Positions 8,610 through 18,472 of a stretch of 64,000 nucleotides of DNA are shown here, in pieces. The stretch's first letter is position 1. Each line of letters starts with the position of its first letter. The position numbers were made by a program, and so were the translations under genes. The notes under the pieces are model-generated. The model ran no database searches, was not told the DNA's origin, and was given only the letters and a program-made list of their open reading frames with translations. This stretch comes from a bacterium HR35. Its GTDB lineage: Bacteria; Patescibacteriota; Minisyncoccia; UBA6257; HR35. The stretch lies in NCBI GenBank assembly GCA_002898235.1, contig BEIL01000004.1:499-64498 (forward strand). The letters run 5' to 3'.

Positions 8610-9083
8610 TCATATCTCCATAAATATTCCTTTATCTTCTCCATTTTTGACTGAATGAATTTTGAAAGGATAGATTTTAAAACCTGGCATTCCGGGTGAA
8701 CCTGAGGGCATTCCTGGTAAAGCAATACCATCAATATCTGGCTTTTCAGTTAAAAGTTTTTGAATTGCTTCAATTGGAACATGACCTTCGATAAAATAAT
8801 TTCCTAATAAAACAGTATGACATGACCAAAGACCTTGAGGAATTCCAAACTGATTTTTTATTTTTATTAATTCTTCATCTGAAACTTCATTGACTTTAAC
8901 ATTAGCACCATTCATTTTTAAATAGCCAATATATTCTTTGCAACAACCACAAGTTGGTGTTTTATAAACAACAAATTCTAAACCAGATAATTTTGATTCT
9001 TTAAATGGAGTTTTCACTAAACTATAAATCGCTCCAACCAAAATTATGCCAATTATTATTCCAAAAATTAAATTTTTATTCAT
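8610..9083 (-). CDS. DUF411/CopG-like metal-binding protein
   Basis: KTPTCGCC, SCHT, IEGHVP and PGMPSGSPGM motifs; N-terminal membrane anchor. Confidence 0.88.
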   Translation of the reverse strand: MNKNLIFGIIIGIILVGAIYSLVKTPFKESKLSGLEFVVYKTPTCGCCKEYIGYLKMNGANVKVNEVSDEELIKIKNQFGIPQGLWSCHTVLLGNYFIEGHVPIEAIQKLLTEKPDIDGIALPGMPSGSPGMPGFKIYPFKIHSVKNGEDKGIFMEI

Positions 9084-9086
9084 TTT

Positions 9087-10217
9087 TTATAAGCCACATC
9101 CTCCGCCTGTTGAAGGAATATTTGGCACATTAGCTAATTTTTTCTCGACGTTTTGAATATAACCTGAAATTGATGAAAACTTTGCTGACATAATCTCTTT
9201 GACCTCGGATATGGACGGATCATTAAACGGATTTTCACGGATATTTTTATCGATTTGTGTTAAAGGCCAATCTTTACCTTCAACTAATTTTTTATATAAA
9301 GCAATTTTTATATAATTTTGAGGAAACCAAAACGAATTAAGCTGTAAAGCTAATTTATAAAGTTCATCTTCAGAATAACCTTGAGAGGCAGCAAGTTCTA
9401 AAGCACCAAGTAAAGCTGAGCCATGATTACAATCTTGAGCAAAAGTTGAATTATTACAACAGGGACGGAAAGTATTTTGAGCAACTCGATAAACAATTTC
9501 TTCTTGTTCAGGAGTTAATTTTATAATTTCACATTTATTAAAATATTCAGCACCATTATCTTTTTTACCTAACCACCAACCACCAGTTGAAGCTAAATAA
9601 GGAAGTTCTTTCTCAGAAAAAGGAATATTTTTATTAAATTCAGTTTTGTTTGAAAGTCCTAAAGGCCAAAAAAGAGTTAAAAGATGATTAGCGGTTTCTT
9701 GATTGATAACAATCGGCTCGTTTGACCCATCAATTGTCTTTTGAATATATTCAGGAATCTTGCCATTATATAATTTTTTCATTTTTTCTAAATCGATCAC
9801 CCCACAATCAATCATTTTTTTAACTGCATCACCAAAAACTATTCTTGTTTTAAATCCTTCTTGTGGTAAAACTTGGGAAATAATTTGTTGAATTAATTCA
9901 TTATTAACTGAATTATTAGAGTTAGACAATTTAAGAAACTTGAAATTAGCCAAAACGAAAATAGCCAATCCCCCAATTAAAATACCAATTAAAAGTTGTT
10001 TTAAATTAAGTTTTTTTGAATTATTCTCATCTAAATTATTTCGTTTTTCTTCATTGATTTGTAATTTAATAGCCTGTTTTACTATCTCTAAATTGCAATT
10101 TTTATATTTTTTACACCAATCTTCACATTCCTTTGCTAATACTTCATTTTCATAAACATGTTGACATTCTTCACATTGATAATAATTTTTATTTTCTCTT
10201 TGAATTATTTTAACCAT
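9087..10217 (-). CDS. Uncharacterised Cys-rich membrane-anchored protein
   Basis: N-terminal CEEC...CEDWC...C domain, one TM, then RPCC and DCNHG motifs and terminal GGCGL. Confidence 0.75.
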   Translation of the reverse strand: MVKIIQRENKNYYQCEECQHVYENEVLAKECEDWCKKYKNCNLEIVKQAIKLQINEEKRNNLDENNSKKLNLKQLLIGILIGGLAIFVLANFKFLKLSNSNNSVNNELIQQIISQVLPQEGFKTRIVFGDAVKKMIDCGVIDLEKMKKLYNGKIPEYIQKTIDGSNEPIVINQETANHLLTLFWPLGLSNKTEFNKNIPFSEKELPYLASTGGWWLGKKDNGAEYFNKCEIIKLTPEQEEIVYRVAQNTFRPCCNNSTFAQDCNHGSALLGALELAASQGYSEDELYKLALQLNSFWFPQNYIKIALYKKLVEGKDWPLTQIDKNIRENPFNDPSISEVKEIMSAKFSSISGYIQNVEKKLANVPNIPSTGGGCGL

Positions 10218-10218
10218 C

Positions 10219-10833
10219 TTATTCTTTTTTAATTTCGTTTCTTAATTTTTTAATTAAATAAGCTATACCTAAAACAAACAAAATTAAAACTAAAATTGGA
10301 AAAGTTAAAATTATCAAAAGCCATAAAAGACCTAAAATAGCAAAAATCGGTGCTAAAACATTCCAACCCCTCCAATTACTAAAATTCCACCACCAATAAC
10401 CCATTCCTGGTTGTCCCCAATTCATCATCATTGGTCCCATCATCGGCATCATAAACCCTTGAGAATTTACATTTGGATCACAACCCAAAAATCTTTTTCC
10501 CATATTAATATGCATTAACTCTTCTCCTTCCTTACCATGCATCTCTTCTATCATTTTATTCATTGTTAAATGATCACTACCACCAACCATTTGCTCCATT
10601 ACATATTCGCCAACTGAATGAAAGTCTTCATTAGTTAAATCTTGACATTTAATTTCACCTCGAGAAAATTTTTCCACTAATTCCCTACCCTTTTGAATTT
10701 CAGCATTAAGTTCAGCATCCTCAGTATGAGCAAAAACAAAACTTAAAGAAAAAAGAATTAAAAACGCAAAAAATAATACTTTACTAATTTGTTGTCTTTT
10801 ATAATGTATTCGTTGTAATTTTTGATTAATCAT
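10219..10833 (-). CDS. His/Met-rich exported membrane protein
   Basis: Signal-like segment ending FAH, then HLTM, MH, MHINM and MMPMMGPMMM, with C-terminal TM segments. Confidence 0.7.
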   Translation of the reverse strand: MINQKLQRIHYKRQQISKVLFFAFLILFSLSFVFAHTEDAELNAEIQKGRELVEKFSRGEIKCQDLTNEDFHSVGEYVMEQMVGGSDHLTMNKMIEEMHGKEGEELMHINMGKRFLGCDPNVNSQGFMMPMMGPMMMNWGQPGMGYWWWNFSNWRGWNVLAPIFAILGLLWLLIILTFPILVLILFVLGIAYLIKKLRNEIKKE

Positions 10834-11099
10834 TTTCTTTTTGCTAATTTATAAATTTTTAAGATTTCTTTAACTGCGACCTCTTCTTTTTTATTTTTAA
10901 ATTGTTCTTTAACATGTGTTTTTAAGTGATTTTCTAAAATTAAATCTTCAATTCCTGATAAAGCATTTTTAACTGCCATTGATTGAATTAAAATATCAAC
11001 ACAATATTTATCATTTTCAATCATATTCCTCAATCCTTCAATTTGCCCCTTAATTATATTCAATCTTCTTAAAATTTTTATTTTTAATTCTTTATTCAT
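10830..11099 (-). CDS. csoR: CsoR/RcnR family metal-sensing repressor
   Basis: RRLNIIKGQIEGL, KYCVDIL and ENHLKTHV motifs (x-C-H-H ligand pattern). Confidence 0.9.
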   Translation of the reverse strand: MNKELKIKILRRLNIIKGQIEGLRNMIENDKYCVDILIQSMAVKNALSGIEDLILENHLKTHVKEQFKNKKEEVAVKEILKIYKLAKRK

Positions 11100-11105
11100 A
11101 TCTTA

Positions 11106-11134
11106 ATTATACCCCATCCTGGTATTTTTGTCAA
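11106..11134 (-). promoter_or_regulatory. csoR promoter with CsoR-type operator
   Basis: TTGACA-17-TATAAT, 6 nt before the ATG; operator ATACC-N7-GGTAT at 11109-11125 with a G tract. Confidence 0.85.
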
Positions 11135-11140
11135 ATATTT
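11116..11140. repeat. 25-bp direct repeat, left copy
   Basis: ATCCTGGTATTTTTGTCAAATATTT; 24/25 identical to 14870-14894. Confidence 0.8.
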
Positions 11141-11787
11141 AATTCATCAAAAATCTTTTTAGCATCAAGGCGATAAATTTCAGAAACTTTTTTATTTGTC
11201 TTTTCTAAATATTTTTTAATTAAATGAAAACCCAAAGAATAGCCTGCCCAACGAGGTATTTTTAATTTTTTGTTTCCAAACTTCCAAGAATAAATAAGAG
11301 AGATATCTCTTGAATCAAAATATTTTTTAGCTCTTTTTAGATATTTTTTAATTTCATTTTCTTTTAAAGCCATTGACCAAGGATAAAGCTTTGAGTTTTC
11401 TCCAAAAACTTCTAATTCAAAATGTTGGCACAATCCCTCTTCAATAATGGTATGTAAAAGATTTTTTTGCATTGGTTTAAACAAATTCCATCTTACAAGA
11501 TGAATAATTTCATGAGCAATAGCTCTTGGAATTTCTTCTTTAATTACTTTATTCTTAAAATTTTTAAATTTAGGGTTAAGATAAATATAAATTAAATAAG
11601 CACTCAAAGTTTTGCCTCCATGTCCGAATCCTGGTATACACATTTGCGGATTTTCTTCATAAACAATAGCAAAATCTTCAAGTTTTATTTTTTTATTAAT
11701 CTTCTTACAAGTTTCTAAAGTAGCCTTATTAATTTCCTTCTTAAATCCTTTTAATTCCTTTCCATAAATTGAAACTGTAACCTCCAT
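11131..11787 (-). CDS. DUF2268-like Zn-dependent protease
   Basis: AHEIIH, IEEGLCQHF and PRWAGYSLGF motifs. Confidence 0.8.
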   Translation of the reverse strand: MEVTVSIYGKELKGFKKEINKATLETCKKINKKIKLEDFAIVYEENPQMCIPGFGHGGKTLSAYLIYIYLNPKFKNFKNKVIKEEIPRAIAHEIIHLVRWNLFKPMQKNLLHTIIEEGLCQHFELEVFGENSKLYPWSMALKENEIKKYLKRAKKYFDSRDISLIYSWKFGNKKLKIPRWAGYSLGFHLIKKYLEKTNKKVSEIYRLDAKKIFDELNI

Positions 11788-11932
11788 TTTAAAAATTTTA
11801 ATCAAAATTATAATAAATTCAAGTTAAAATGAAAAAATTTGTGAAAAAGTTGTAAATTTGCAATAAAAAATATAGAAAATGATCGATATTTTTAGTTTAG
11901 TTTAAAACTTTTGACTTAAAATAATCATTAAG

Positions 11933-13183
11933 ATGAAAAAAATTCTTTTAGATGTAGGTTCATCAACAATAAAAGTTTATAAATATGGCGAAAATAAATT
12001 AGAACAACTTTTTCAAAGAACTATATTTTTTAAAGATAGATTTGACCCTGAAGGAGGCATTTCTGAAAACAATAAAAAGGAACTTTTAGAGCTTCTATAT
12101 TCAATTAAAGAAAATAATTCCGATTCCCAAATAAAAATTTACGCTACTGGTATATTTAGAAATTTAGCTCCAAAGACTAAAAGAAATTTTATTGATGAAA
12201 TATTTTTAAAAACAGGACTTTATTTTAATATTATCTCTTACGAATTAGAAAATTTTTATTTAGAGAGAGCATTAGTGGGTAAATGTAGTTTAAATGAACC
12301 CTTGCTTTTAATAAATATTGGAGGAGGCACAACTGAGCTTATAATTATGTACGGCGAAGAGGCTATAGAAAGAAAAAATATAGAAATAGGAGTTGGAAAA
12401 ATTTTAAATGACTTTCCTGGAATTAATAAAAGCATATCGGAGATTAAAATAGAAGAATTAATAGAAAGATTTAAAGAAATTTTGCCATCTTTAGAAAACA
12501 AAATAAGAATTGCTTTTTTAAGCGGAGGAGAATTAACTTATATGAAAGTGGCTAATTATCCACTTAAGAAAAATAATTTGTTCGAAGATGAAGATCATCC
12601 TTATTTAATATACTTTGAAGATTATAAATTAAAAAATAAAGAGATTTTTGAAAAAATAACATTGGAAGAATTAGAAAAAATGATGCCAGATAATCCCAAA
12701 TGGATGCATGGAGCAAGGCCTTTTTCTGCTTTAGCTCAGGCAATTTGTGAAAAATATAATGTTGAGATTATTATTCCTTCTGATTCAAATCTAATAAATG
12801 GAGTAATTAGACAAGAATTTAGATATGTAACGATAAGTGGGAGCTTTAGAAAACATTTGGAGTATATTTTAAAAATAAAAAAAGAATTAGAAAATAAGGG
12901 GGTTCATATTTTAAGTCCAAGATTTGAAGAACCAAAAAATCCAGGAGAAGAATTTGTTATTTTCGCCGGCGAAGAGAATTTAAGCCCATTAGAACTTGAA
13001 AGGTATCACTTAGAATCAATCGAAAATTCAGATGCTCTGATAGTTTGTGATCCAAATGGTTATGTTGGAGCTTCTGCTCTTTTAGAAATTGGTTATGCTC
13101 ATTCTTTAGGAAAAAGAATTATTTTTACTGAAAAACCAGAAGAATTTATTTTAAACCAATTACCTCACGAAGTTGGCTTGTAA
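11933..13183 (+). CDS. Ppx/GppA-like ASKHA domain fused to nucleoside 2-deoxyribosyltransferase-like domain
   Basis: LDVGSSTIK and INIGGGTTE in the N-part; TISGSF...SDALIV...GYVGASALLEIGYA in the C-part. Confidence 0.65.
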   Translation: MKKILLDVGSSTIKVYKYGENKLEQLFQRTIFFKDRFDPEGGISENNKKELLELLYSIKENNSDSQIKIYATGIFRNLAPKTKRNFIDEIFLKTGLYFNIISYELENFYLERALVGKCSLNEPLLLINIGGGTTELIIMYGEEAIERKNIEIGVGKILNDFPGINKSISEIKIEELIERFKEILPSLENKIRIAFLSGGELTYMKVANYPLKKNNLFEDEDHPYLIYFEDYKLKNKEIFEKITLEELEKMMPDNPKWMHGARPFSALAQAICEKYNVEIIIPSDSNLINGVIRQEFRYVTISGSFRKHLEYILKIKKELENKGVHILSPRFEEPKNPGEEFVIFAGEENLSPLELERYHLESIENSDALIVCDPNGYVGASALLEIGYAHSLGKRIIFTEKPEEFILNQLPHEVGL

Positions 13184-13242
13184 AAATTATATTTCCTCTT
13201 TATTTTCATTTAATTTTTCCAATAAATTTAGATTTGAAAATT

Positions 13243-14124
13243 TTAAAGCAATTTGAGACTTTTTCTAAATTCTTGCGAGTTTTCAAATGGTCCTAAATCA
13301 ACTGGAGCTTGCCACCACCACGGTTTTTCTTTCTGCACTAAATTAGCTATTTCTTCTAGAATAGTTAAAAATTCACTTTCCGAAAGCTTTACTCCTTTTT
13401 TGAATTCTTGAAAAACTTCTAAAGCAAAATCAATTTCATTTTCCTTAGTAAAACCAATTAAAACTACATCCACTGGTTGGTTAAAAACAAAAAGTAGAGA
13501 TTTTCTTACTAATTTCTTATCTGTTATCAATCCAGCACCTAAAATTAAAATTCCAATTACTTTCTTTTTCTGATTTTGAATAATTTTAGCTAACTGTCGA
13601 AAAGATATTTTACCCTTAGATTCCAACTCTTGATCTCGAAAAAAATTTAAAGGACCTAAGGGTAACATAAAAGTGTCGAATTCAAATTTTTCTAAAGCTA
13701 TTTTTAAAACTTCGGGATCGTAATGATTAGTTATTCCAATTTTAGAAATGATCCCTTGATCTTTTAATCTCCGTAAAATACTAAAAGCACCATCGTCTGA
13801 AGTAATTAAATTCAAACAATTCAAAGTATCTACTGAGTGAAGTTGAAGAATATCTATTTTAGGGAGTCTATTTTTTATTCCCTCTAACTCCCAAAGAACA
13901 TCTTGCTTTCTTCTAGCCAAAATTTTAGTAGCAATTATAATATGTTCTAAATCTTTGCCGATATTACTCAAAACCGAACTTAGATATTTCTCATTTTCTC
14001 CATAAAATCTTCCATATGTTGGCGCAACATCGAAGTATCTTATCCCTTTGTTTAACGCATATTCAATTAATCTTTCAGGTTTTTCACTTTTATGCAGAAA
14101 AGCACAACCAAAGCCAATTTCCAT
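13243..14124 (-). CDS. Aldo/keto reductase
   Basis: IGFGC, GIRYFDVAPTYG, IATK, IDILQLH and IGITNH motifs. Confidence 0.88.
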   Translation of the reverse strand: MEIGFGCAFLHKSEKPERLIEYALNKGIRYFDVAPTYGRFYGENEKYLSSVLSNIGKDLEHIIIATKILARRKQDVLWELEGIKNRLPKIDILQLHSVDTLNCLNLITSDDGAFSILRRLKDQGIISKIGITNHYDPEVLKIALEKFEFDTFMLPLGPLNFFRDQELESKGKISFRQLAKIIQNQKKKVIGILILGAGLITDKKLVRKSLLFVFNQPVDVVLIGFTKENEIDFALEVFQEFKKGVKLSESEFLTILEEIANLVQKEKPWWWQAPVDLGPFENSQEFRKSLKLL

Positions 14125-14205
14125 TTTTGAATTTAATTATAATTATCGATTATCTAGAAAATTTTTCTTATTTTTTATTTCTATTATGCCGTAAATTTTT
14201 CTTTC

Positions 14206-14261
14206 CTCATTCTCAAAACATTTAAACTAACAATTATTGTAGATAAACTCATTGAAATTGC
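14206..14261 (-). repeat. Degenerate copy of the copB 3' end
   Basis: 56 bp matching 14895-14950 with 5 mismatches. Confidence 0.8.
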
Positions 14262-14399
14262 CAGTTCAGGCAATAGAATAAATTTAACTACTTTTTGGAA
14301 GAACATTCTTCAGAAAACAAAATTTACCTAAAAATAATTCTTCCTTTTTTATTCCAGAAAAAATTAACCCATCGACCAGAAGATAATTCTACTACACCT

Positions 14400-14735
14400 G
14401 CTAAAGCGCTATCAGATTGAGAATGAATATAAAATATAATAATTTTTTCCTAGTTCTCCTTTCTAATTCTAATATTTTATCAATAACTACTCCTGGTTCT
14501 AATGGTGTTTGGGTTTCTAACATATATCTGGGATCACATCGTCTATAAAGTGGAAAAGGTTCTCTAAATAATTTTCTTTCTAATTCTTCTTTTTTCTTTA
14601 TTAATTCCTTTATTTTTTGTAAGATTAAATTTAAATCAATACCTTCTTGATTAATTATTTTTTTAATTCTTCAGCTAAACCTAAAACTTCTTGATATTCT
14701 TGCTTGATTGTTTGACAAGGAGATTCTAGAGACAT
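14400..14735 (-). pseudogene. Frameshifted hypothetical gene remnant
   Basis: MSLESPCQTIKQEYQEVLGLAEELKK* continues in another frame (IINQEGIDLNLILQK...) after an A-run. Confidence 0.4.
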
Positions 14736-14869
14736 AGAGAATTTTATGCTAATTGTTATGTTAATTTTATTTTATAATAATCTTTCCAATCATATTCTTC
14801 AGATCATCAATCTATCCCTTGTTTAAAATTCTTTTTTTTATTGTTTTATCTATATTTTAACTAGACTTA

Positions 14870-14894
14870 ATCCTAGTATTTTTGTCAAATATTT
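14870..14894. repeat. 25-bp direct repeat, right copy (overlaps copB stop)
   Basis: ATCCTAGTATTTTTGTCAAATATTT; matches 11116-11140. Confidence 0.8.
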
Positions 14895-17002
14895 CTCATC
14901 CTCAAAGCATTTAAACTAACAATTATTGTGGATAAGCTCATTAAAATTGCTCCAATTGCTGGAGAAAGAAAAATTCCTTTAAAAGCTAAAATTCCTGCTG
15001 CTAAGGGAATGGCTACAATATTATAACCAGTTGCCCAAAATAGGTTTTCAATCATTTTTTGATAAGTTAGTTTTGAAAGTTTAATTAATTTAACAATATC
15101 TCGAGGATCATTTCTAACTAAAATTATTCCTGCTGATTCAATAGCAACATTTGTTCCAGCACCAATAGAAACTCCAACATTTGCTTGCATCAAAGCTGGA
15201 GCATCATTAATTCCATCGCCAATCATCATAACCTTTAATCCCCTTTGTTGAAGTTCTTTTACTTTGTCAACTTTTTCTTGGGGTAAAACTTCAGCAAAAT
15301 ATTCATCAATTTTCAATTCTTTAGCAACTTTTTCAGCAACTTCTTTTTTATCTCCAGTCATCATCATAACTTTAATTCCTAGTTTATGTAATTCTTCAAT
15401 TGCTTCTTTAGATTCTTCTCTAATTTCATCTTCTAAAATGATAGCTCCCAAAATATTTTTCTCCTGATCAATTAAATAACTAATTGTGCCAATTGTTTCT
15501 ATTTGAGTAGGTTTAATATCTAATTCTTTTAATAAATTATCTCCTCCTAAATAATAAACTTTGCCATTAATTTTTCCTTTTATTCCTTTACCTGGCAAGT
15601 TTTCAAAATCTTCAACTTTTAAAATTTCAATACTTTCTTCTTTTGCTTTTTCTAAAATTCCTTGAGAAATAAAATGAGAAGAATATTGTGAAAGAGAAGC
15701 TGAAATTTGTAAAATAAAATTTTTATCTTCACCAAGTATTTTTTTAACTTTGAATTTTCCCGTTGTAAGAGTGCCTGTTTTATCAAATAAAACAATATTA
15801 ACTTTTCTTGCCAGCTCAAGCTGGGGTCTATTTCTAATTAAAAACCCATTATGAACTGCTAAAGATGTTGAAATAGCAACTACTAAAGGAACAGCAAGCC
15901 CCAAAGCATGAGGACAAGCAATTACTAAAACTGTAACTAACCTTTCTAAAGCAAAAGCAAAATCTTTTTGTAAAATTAGCCAAATAATAAAACTTAAAGA
16001 ACCAACACCAAGAGCAATAAAAGTCAAATATTTAGCAAAAACATCTGCTAAAACTTGAAGTTTTGATTTTGATTTTTGTGCTTCTTGGATTAATCTTTTT
16101 ATTCCTGCTAAAAATGTTTCTTCGCCAATTTTTGTTACTTTAATTTTTAAAATTCCGTCGCCATTAATTGTTCCAGCAATAACCTCAGAGCCGACTTCTT
16201 TTAAAACAGGTTTACTTTCACCAGTAATCATACTTTCATTAACTTCTGATCTTCCTTCAATCACTATTCCATCAACTGGAATTTTTCCTCCTGGACGGAC
16301 TAAAACAATATCTCCAACTTTTAATTCATTTAAAGAAACTAATCTACCATTTTCTAATTCAGCTACATCAGGTAATAATTTTTCTATTTCTTGTAAAGCT
16401 CTTTGAGCCGAAGAGATTGACTTCATTTCAAAATAATGACCTAAAAGCATAATAGTGATTAAAGAAGCGAGTTCCCCAAAAAAATTAGATCCACGCAGAT
16501 CAACGCAGAACGAACGCAGAACTACGCAGAAAATATTATTTAAAGTTATGTAAAGACTATAAATGTAAGCTGAAGTGATAGCTAAAGAAATTAAAGTCAT
16601 CATTCCAGGATTTTTTGCTTTTATTTCTCTATAAGCACCAACAAGAAAAACCCAACCACCATAAAAGAAAACAATCGAAGAAAAAATTAAAACTAGCGCA
16701 GACTTAAGCAGACTGAACGCAGACCATTGCAGACCAAAAATATTTAAGTTAAAAAAATCAAAAGAAAGAAAAATAACAAAGATTGTCAGGATTAAACAGA
16801 GCCAAAATTTTTTAAGAAAATCCTCTGCGCGATGCCCATGATGTTTATCTAAATACTCTTTATGTTCTGTATGTTTTGCGTCAGTTCTGTGAGTTCTGCG
16901 TTCTTCTTCTATCTTAACAAGTTTCATCCCACAAACAGGACAATTTCCAGGTTCATCTTGCGGATCGATACAACCCATTGGGCAAATATACTTTTTCACC
17001 AT
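14885..17002 (-). CDS. copB: Copper-translocating P1B-type ATPase (CPH motif, CopB-like)
   Basis: CPH, DKTGTLT, TGES, GDGINDAP, YN and MSLST motifs; N-terminal CPM...CPVCGM and His-rich segment. Confidence 0.92.
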   Translation of the reverse strand: MVKKYICPMGCIDPQDEPGNCPVCGMKLVKIEEERRTHRTDAKHTEHKEYLDKHHGHRAEDFLKKFWLCLILTIFVIFLSFDFFNLNIFGLQWSAFSLLKSALVLIFSSIVFFYGGWVFLVGAYREIKAKNPGMMTLISLAITSAYIYSLYITLNNIFCVVLRSFCVDLRGSNFFGELASLITIMLLGHYFEMKSISSAQRALQEIEKLLPDVAELENGRLVSLNELKVGDIVLVRPGGKIPVDGIVIEGRSEVNESMITGESKPVLKEVGSEVIAGTINGDGILKIKVTKIGEETFLAGIKRLIQEAQKSKSKLQVLADVFAKYLTFIALGVGSLSFIIWLILQKDFAFALERLVTVLVIACPHALGLAVPLVVAISTSLAVHNGFLIRNRPQLELARKVNIVLFDKTGTLTTGKFKVKKILGEDKNFILQISASLSQYSSHFISQGILEKAKEESIEILKVEDFENLPGKGIKGKINGKVYYLGGDNLLKELDIKPTQIETIGTISYLIDQEKNILGAIILEDEIREESKEAIEELHKLGIKVMMMTGDKKEVAEKVAKELKIDEYFAEVLPQEKVDKVKELQQRGLKVMMIGDGINDAPALMQANVGVSIGAGTNVAIESAGIILVRNDPRDIVKLIKLSKLTYQKMIENLFWATGYNIVAIPLAAGILAFKGIFLSPAIGAILMSLSTIIVSLNALRMRNI

Positions 17003-17008
17003 ATCTTA

Positions 17009-17037
17009 ATTATACCCCCTATAGGTATCTTTGTCAA
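17009..17037 (-). promoter_or_regulatory. copB promoter with CsoR-type operator
   Basis: TTGACA-17-TATAAT, 6 nt before the ATG; operator ATACCTATAGGGGGTAT (17012-17028). Confidence 0.88.
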
Positions 17038-17057
17038 TTCAAATCTCGGTGTTTAAA

Positions 17058-17957
17058 TTAATTCACATAACTTAACCACTTGGAGTATTTTCTTATTTCT
17101 CCTCTTACTATCTTTTTATATGTTTCTCTTAAAAGTTTTGTTATTTCTCCTTCTTTGCCTTTATTAATCAATTTATTATTAATTTTTCCTATAGCAACAA
17201 CTTCAGCAGCTGTTCCAGTAAAAAATACTTCGTCAGCATTAAAAACTTCTTTTAAGTTTAAATCTTTTTCAATAACTTTAATTCCGTAATCTTTGGCAAT
17301 TTTTATAATAGTATCTCTCGTAATTCCAGGCAAAATATTTCCTAATTTGGGAGTAAGTAATTTTTTATCTTTTACTATAAAAATATTTTCTCCTGCTCCC
17401 TCGGCTATCATTCCTCTGTAATCTAAAAGAAGAGCTTCGTCATAACCTTTTTGATGAGCTTCAATTGTTGCTAAAATAGAGTTAATATAATAACCACAAA
17501 CTTTAGCCGAAGAAACAACCGATTGAGGATGAAGTCTAATATATTTTGAAACTAAAACTTTTACTGGTTTTTCTCCCAAATATGCACCAAAAGGAAAAGC
17601 GATTATTGCTAAATTTACTGGATTATTTCTAGGATCAAGATTTATTTTCCCCTCTCCCCAAAAAGCTATTGGTCTAATATAAGCATCTTTTAGATTATTT
17701 ACTTTCAAAAGGTTCAAAACTCCTTTTTTTATTTCATCTAAAGAATAAGGAATTTTTAAATAAATTGAGTTGGCAGATTTAAAAAGACGTTTAAGATGAT
17801 CATCTAATCTAAAAACAGCAGTTCGATTATCTATTGTTTCATAGCTTCTTATTCCTTCAAAGACACCTCCACCATAATGAAGAGTATGAGTTAAAACATG
17901 TACTTTCGCTTGATCCCAATTTACTATTTTGCCGTTAAACCAAATTTTAAGTTTCAT
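17058..17957 (-). CDS. ilvE: Branched-chain amino acid aminotransferase
   Basis: LHYGGGVFEGIR, AKVCGYY, EGAGENIF, LPGITR and TGTAAEV motifs. Confidence 0.93.
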   Translation of the reverse strand: MKLKIWFNGKIVNWDQAKVHVLTHTLHYGGGVFEGIRSYETIDNRTAVFRLDDHLKRLFKSANSIYLKIPYSLDEIKKGVLNLLKVNNLKDAYIRPIAFWGEGKINLDPRNNPVNLAIIAFPFGAYLGEKPVKVLVSKYIRLHPQSVVSSAKVCGYYINSILATIEAHQKGYDEALLLDYRGMIAEGAGENIFIVKDKKLLTPKLGNILPGITRDTIIKIAKDYGIKVIEKDLNLKEVFNADEVFFTGTAAEVVAIGKINNKLINKGKEGEITKLLRETYKKIVRGEIRKYSKWLSYVN

Positions 17958-17982
17958 TTATTTATTATTATAAAATTTTTTT

Positions 17983-18453
17983 TTAAATATTTAATCTTTT
18001 CAGTTTTAACTCATAAGCAACAATCCCAAAAGCGACAGCAACATTTAATGATTCCTTTTTGCCAAACATCGGAATTTCTAAGATAGCATCAACTTTAGCT
18101 AATATTCTTTTATTTAAACCTCTTACTTCGTTGCCAACAATTAAAACTAAAGGAAATTTAGGTTTGAATTTATAATAAGGAATACTTCGCGGCGATTGTT
18201 CTAAGGCAACAATTCTAAATCTTTCTTTTTTCAGTTTTTTCAAAAGATAACTAATATTTTTGTAAGCTTCCCAAGCAACATATTTTTCAGCACCCAAAGC
18301 GGTTTTTTCAATTTTTTTATCTTTAGCTGGATTAGGAGTATAACCAGTTAAATAGAGTTTATCAATTTGAACGGCATCAGCGGTTCTAAAAATAGCTCCA
18401 ACATTATAAGCACTTCGAATATTATGTAAAATAGCACAAAACTTCACTTCCAT
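17983..18453 (-). CDS. TrmH/SpoU family RNA methyltransferase
   Basis: NVGAIFRTADA, VGNEVRG and ESLNVAVAFG motifs. Confidence 0.9.
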   Translation of the reverse strand: MEVKFCAILHNIRSAYNVGAIFRTADAVQIDKLYLTGYTPNPAKDKKIEKTALGAEKYVAWEAYKNISYLLKKLKKERFRIVALEQSPRSIPYYKFKPKFPLVLIVGNEVRGLNKRILAKVDAILEIPMFGKKESLNVAVAFGIVAYELKLKRLNI

Positions 18454-18472
18454 AATTTTTTGATAATAAAGA

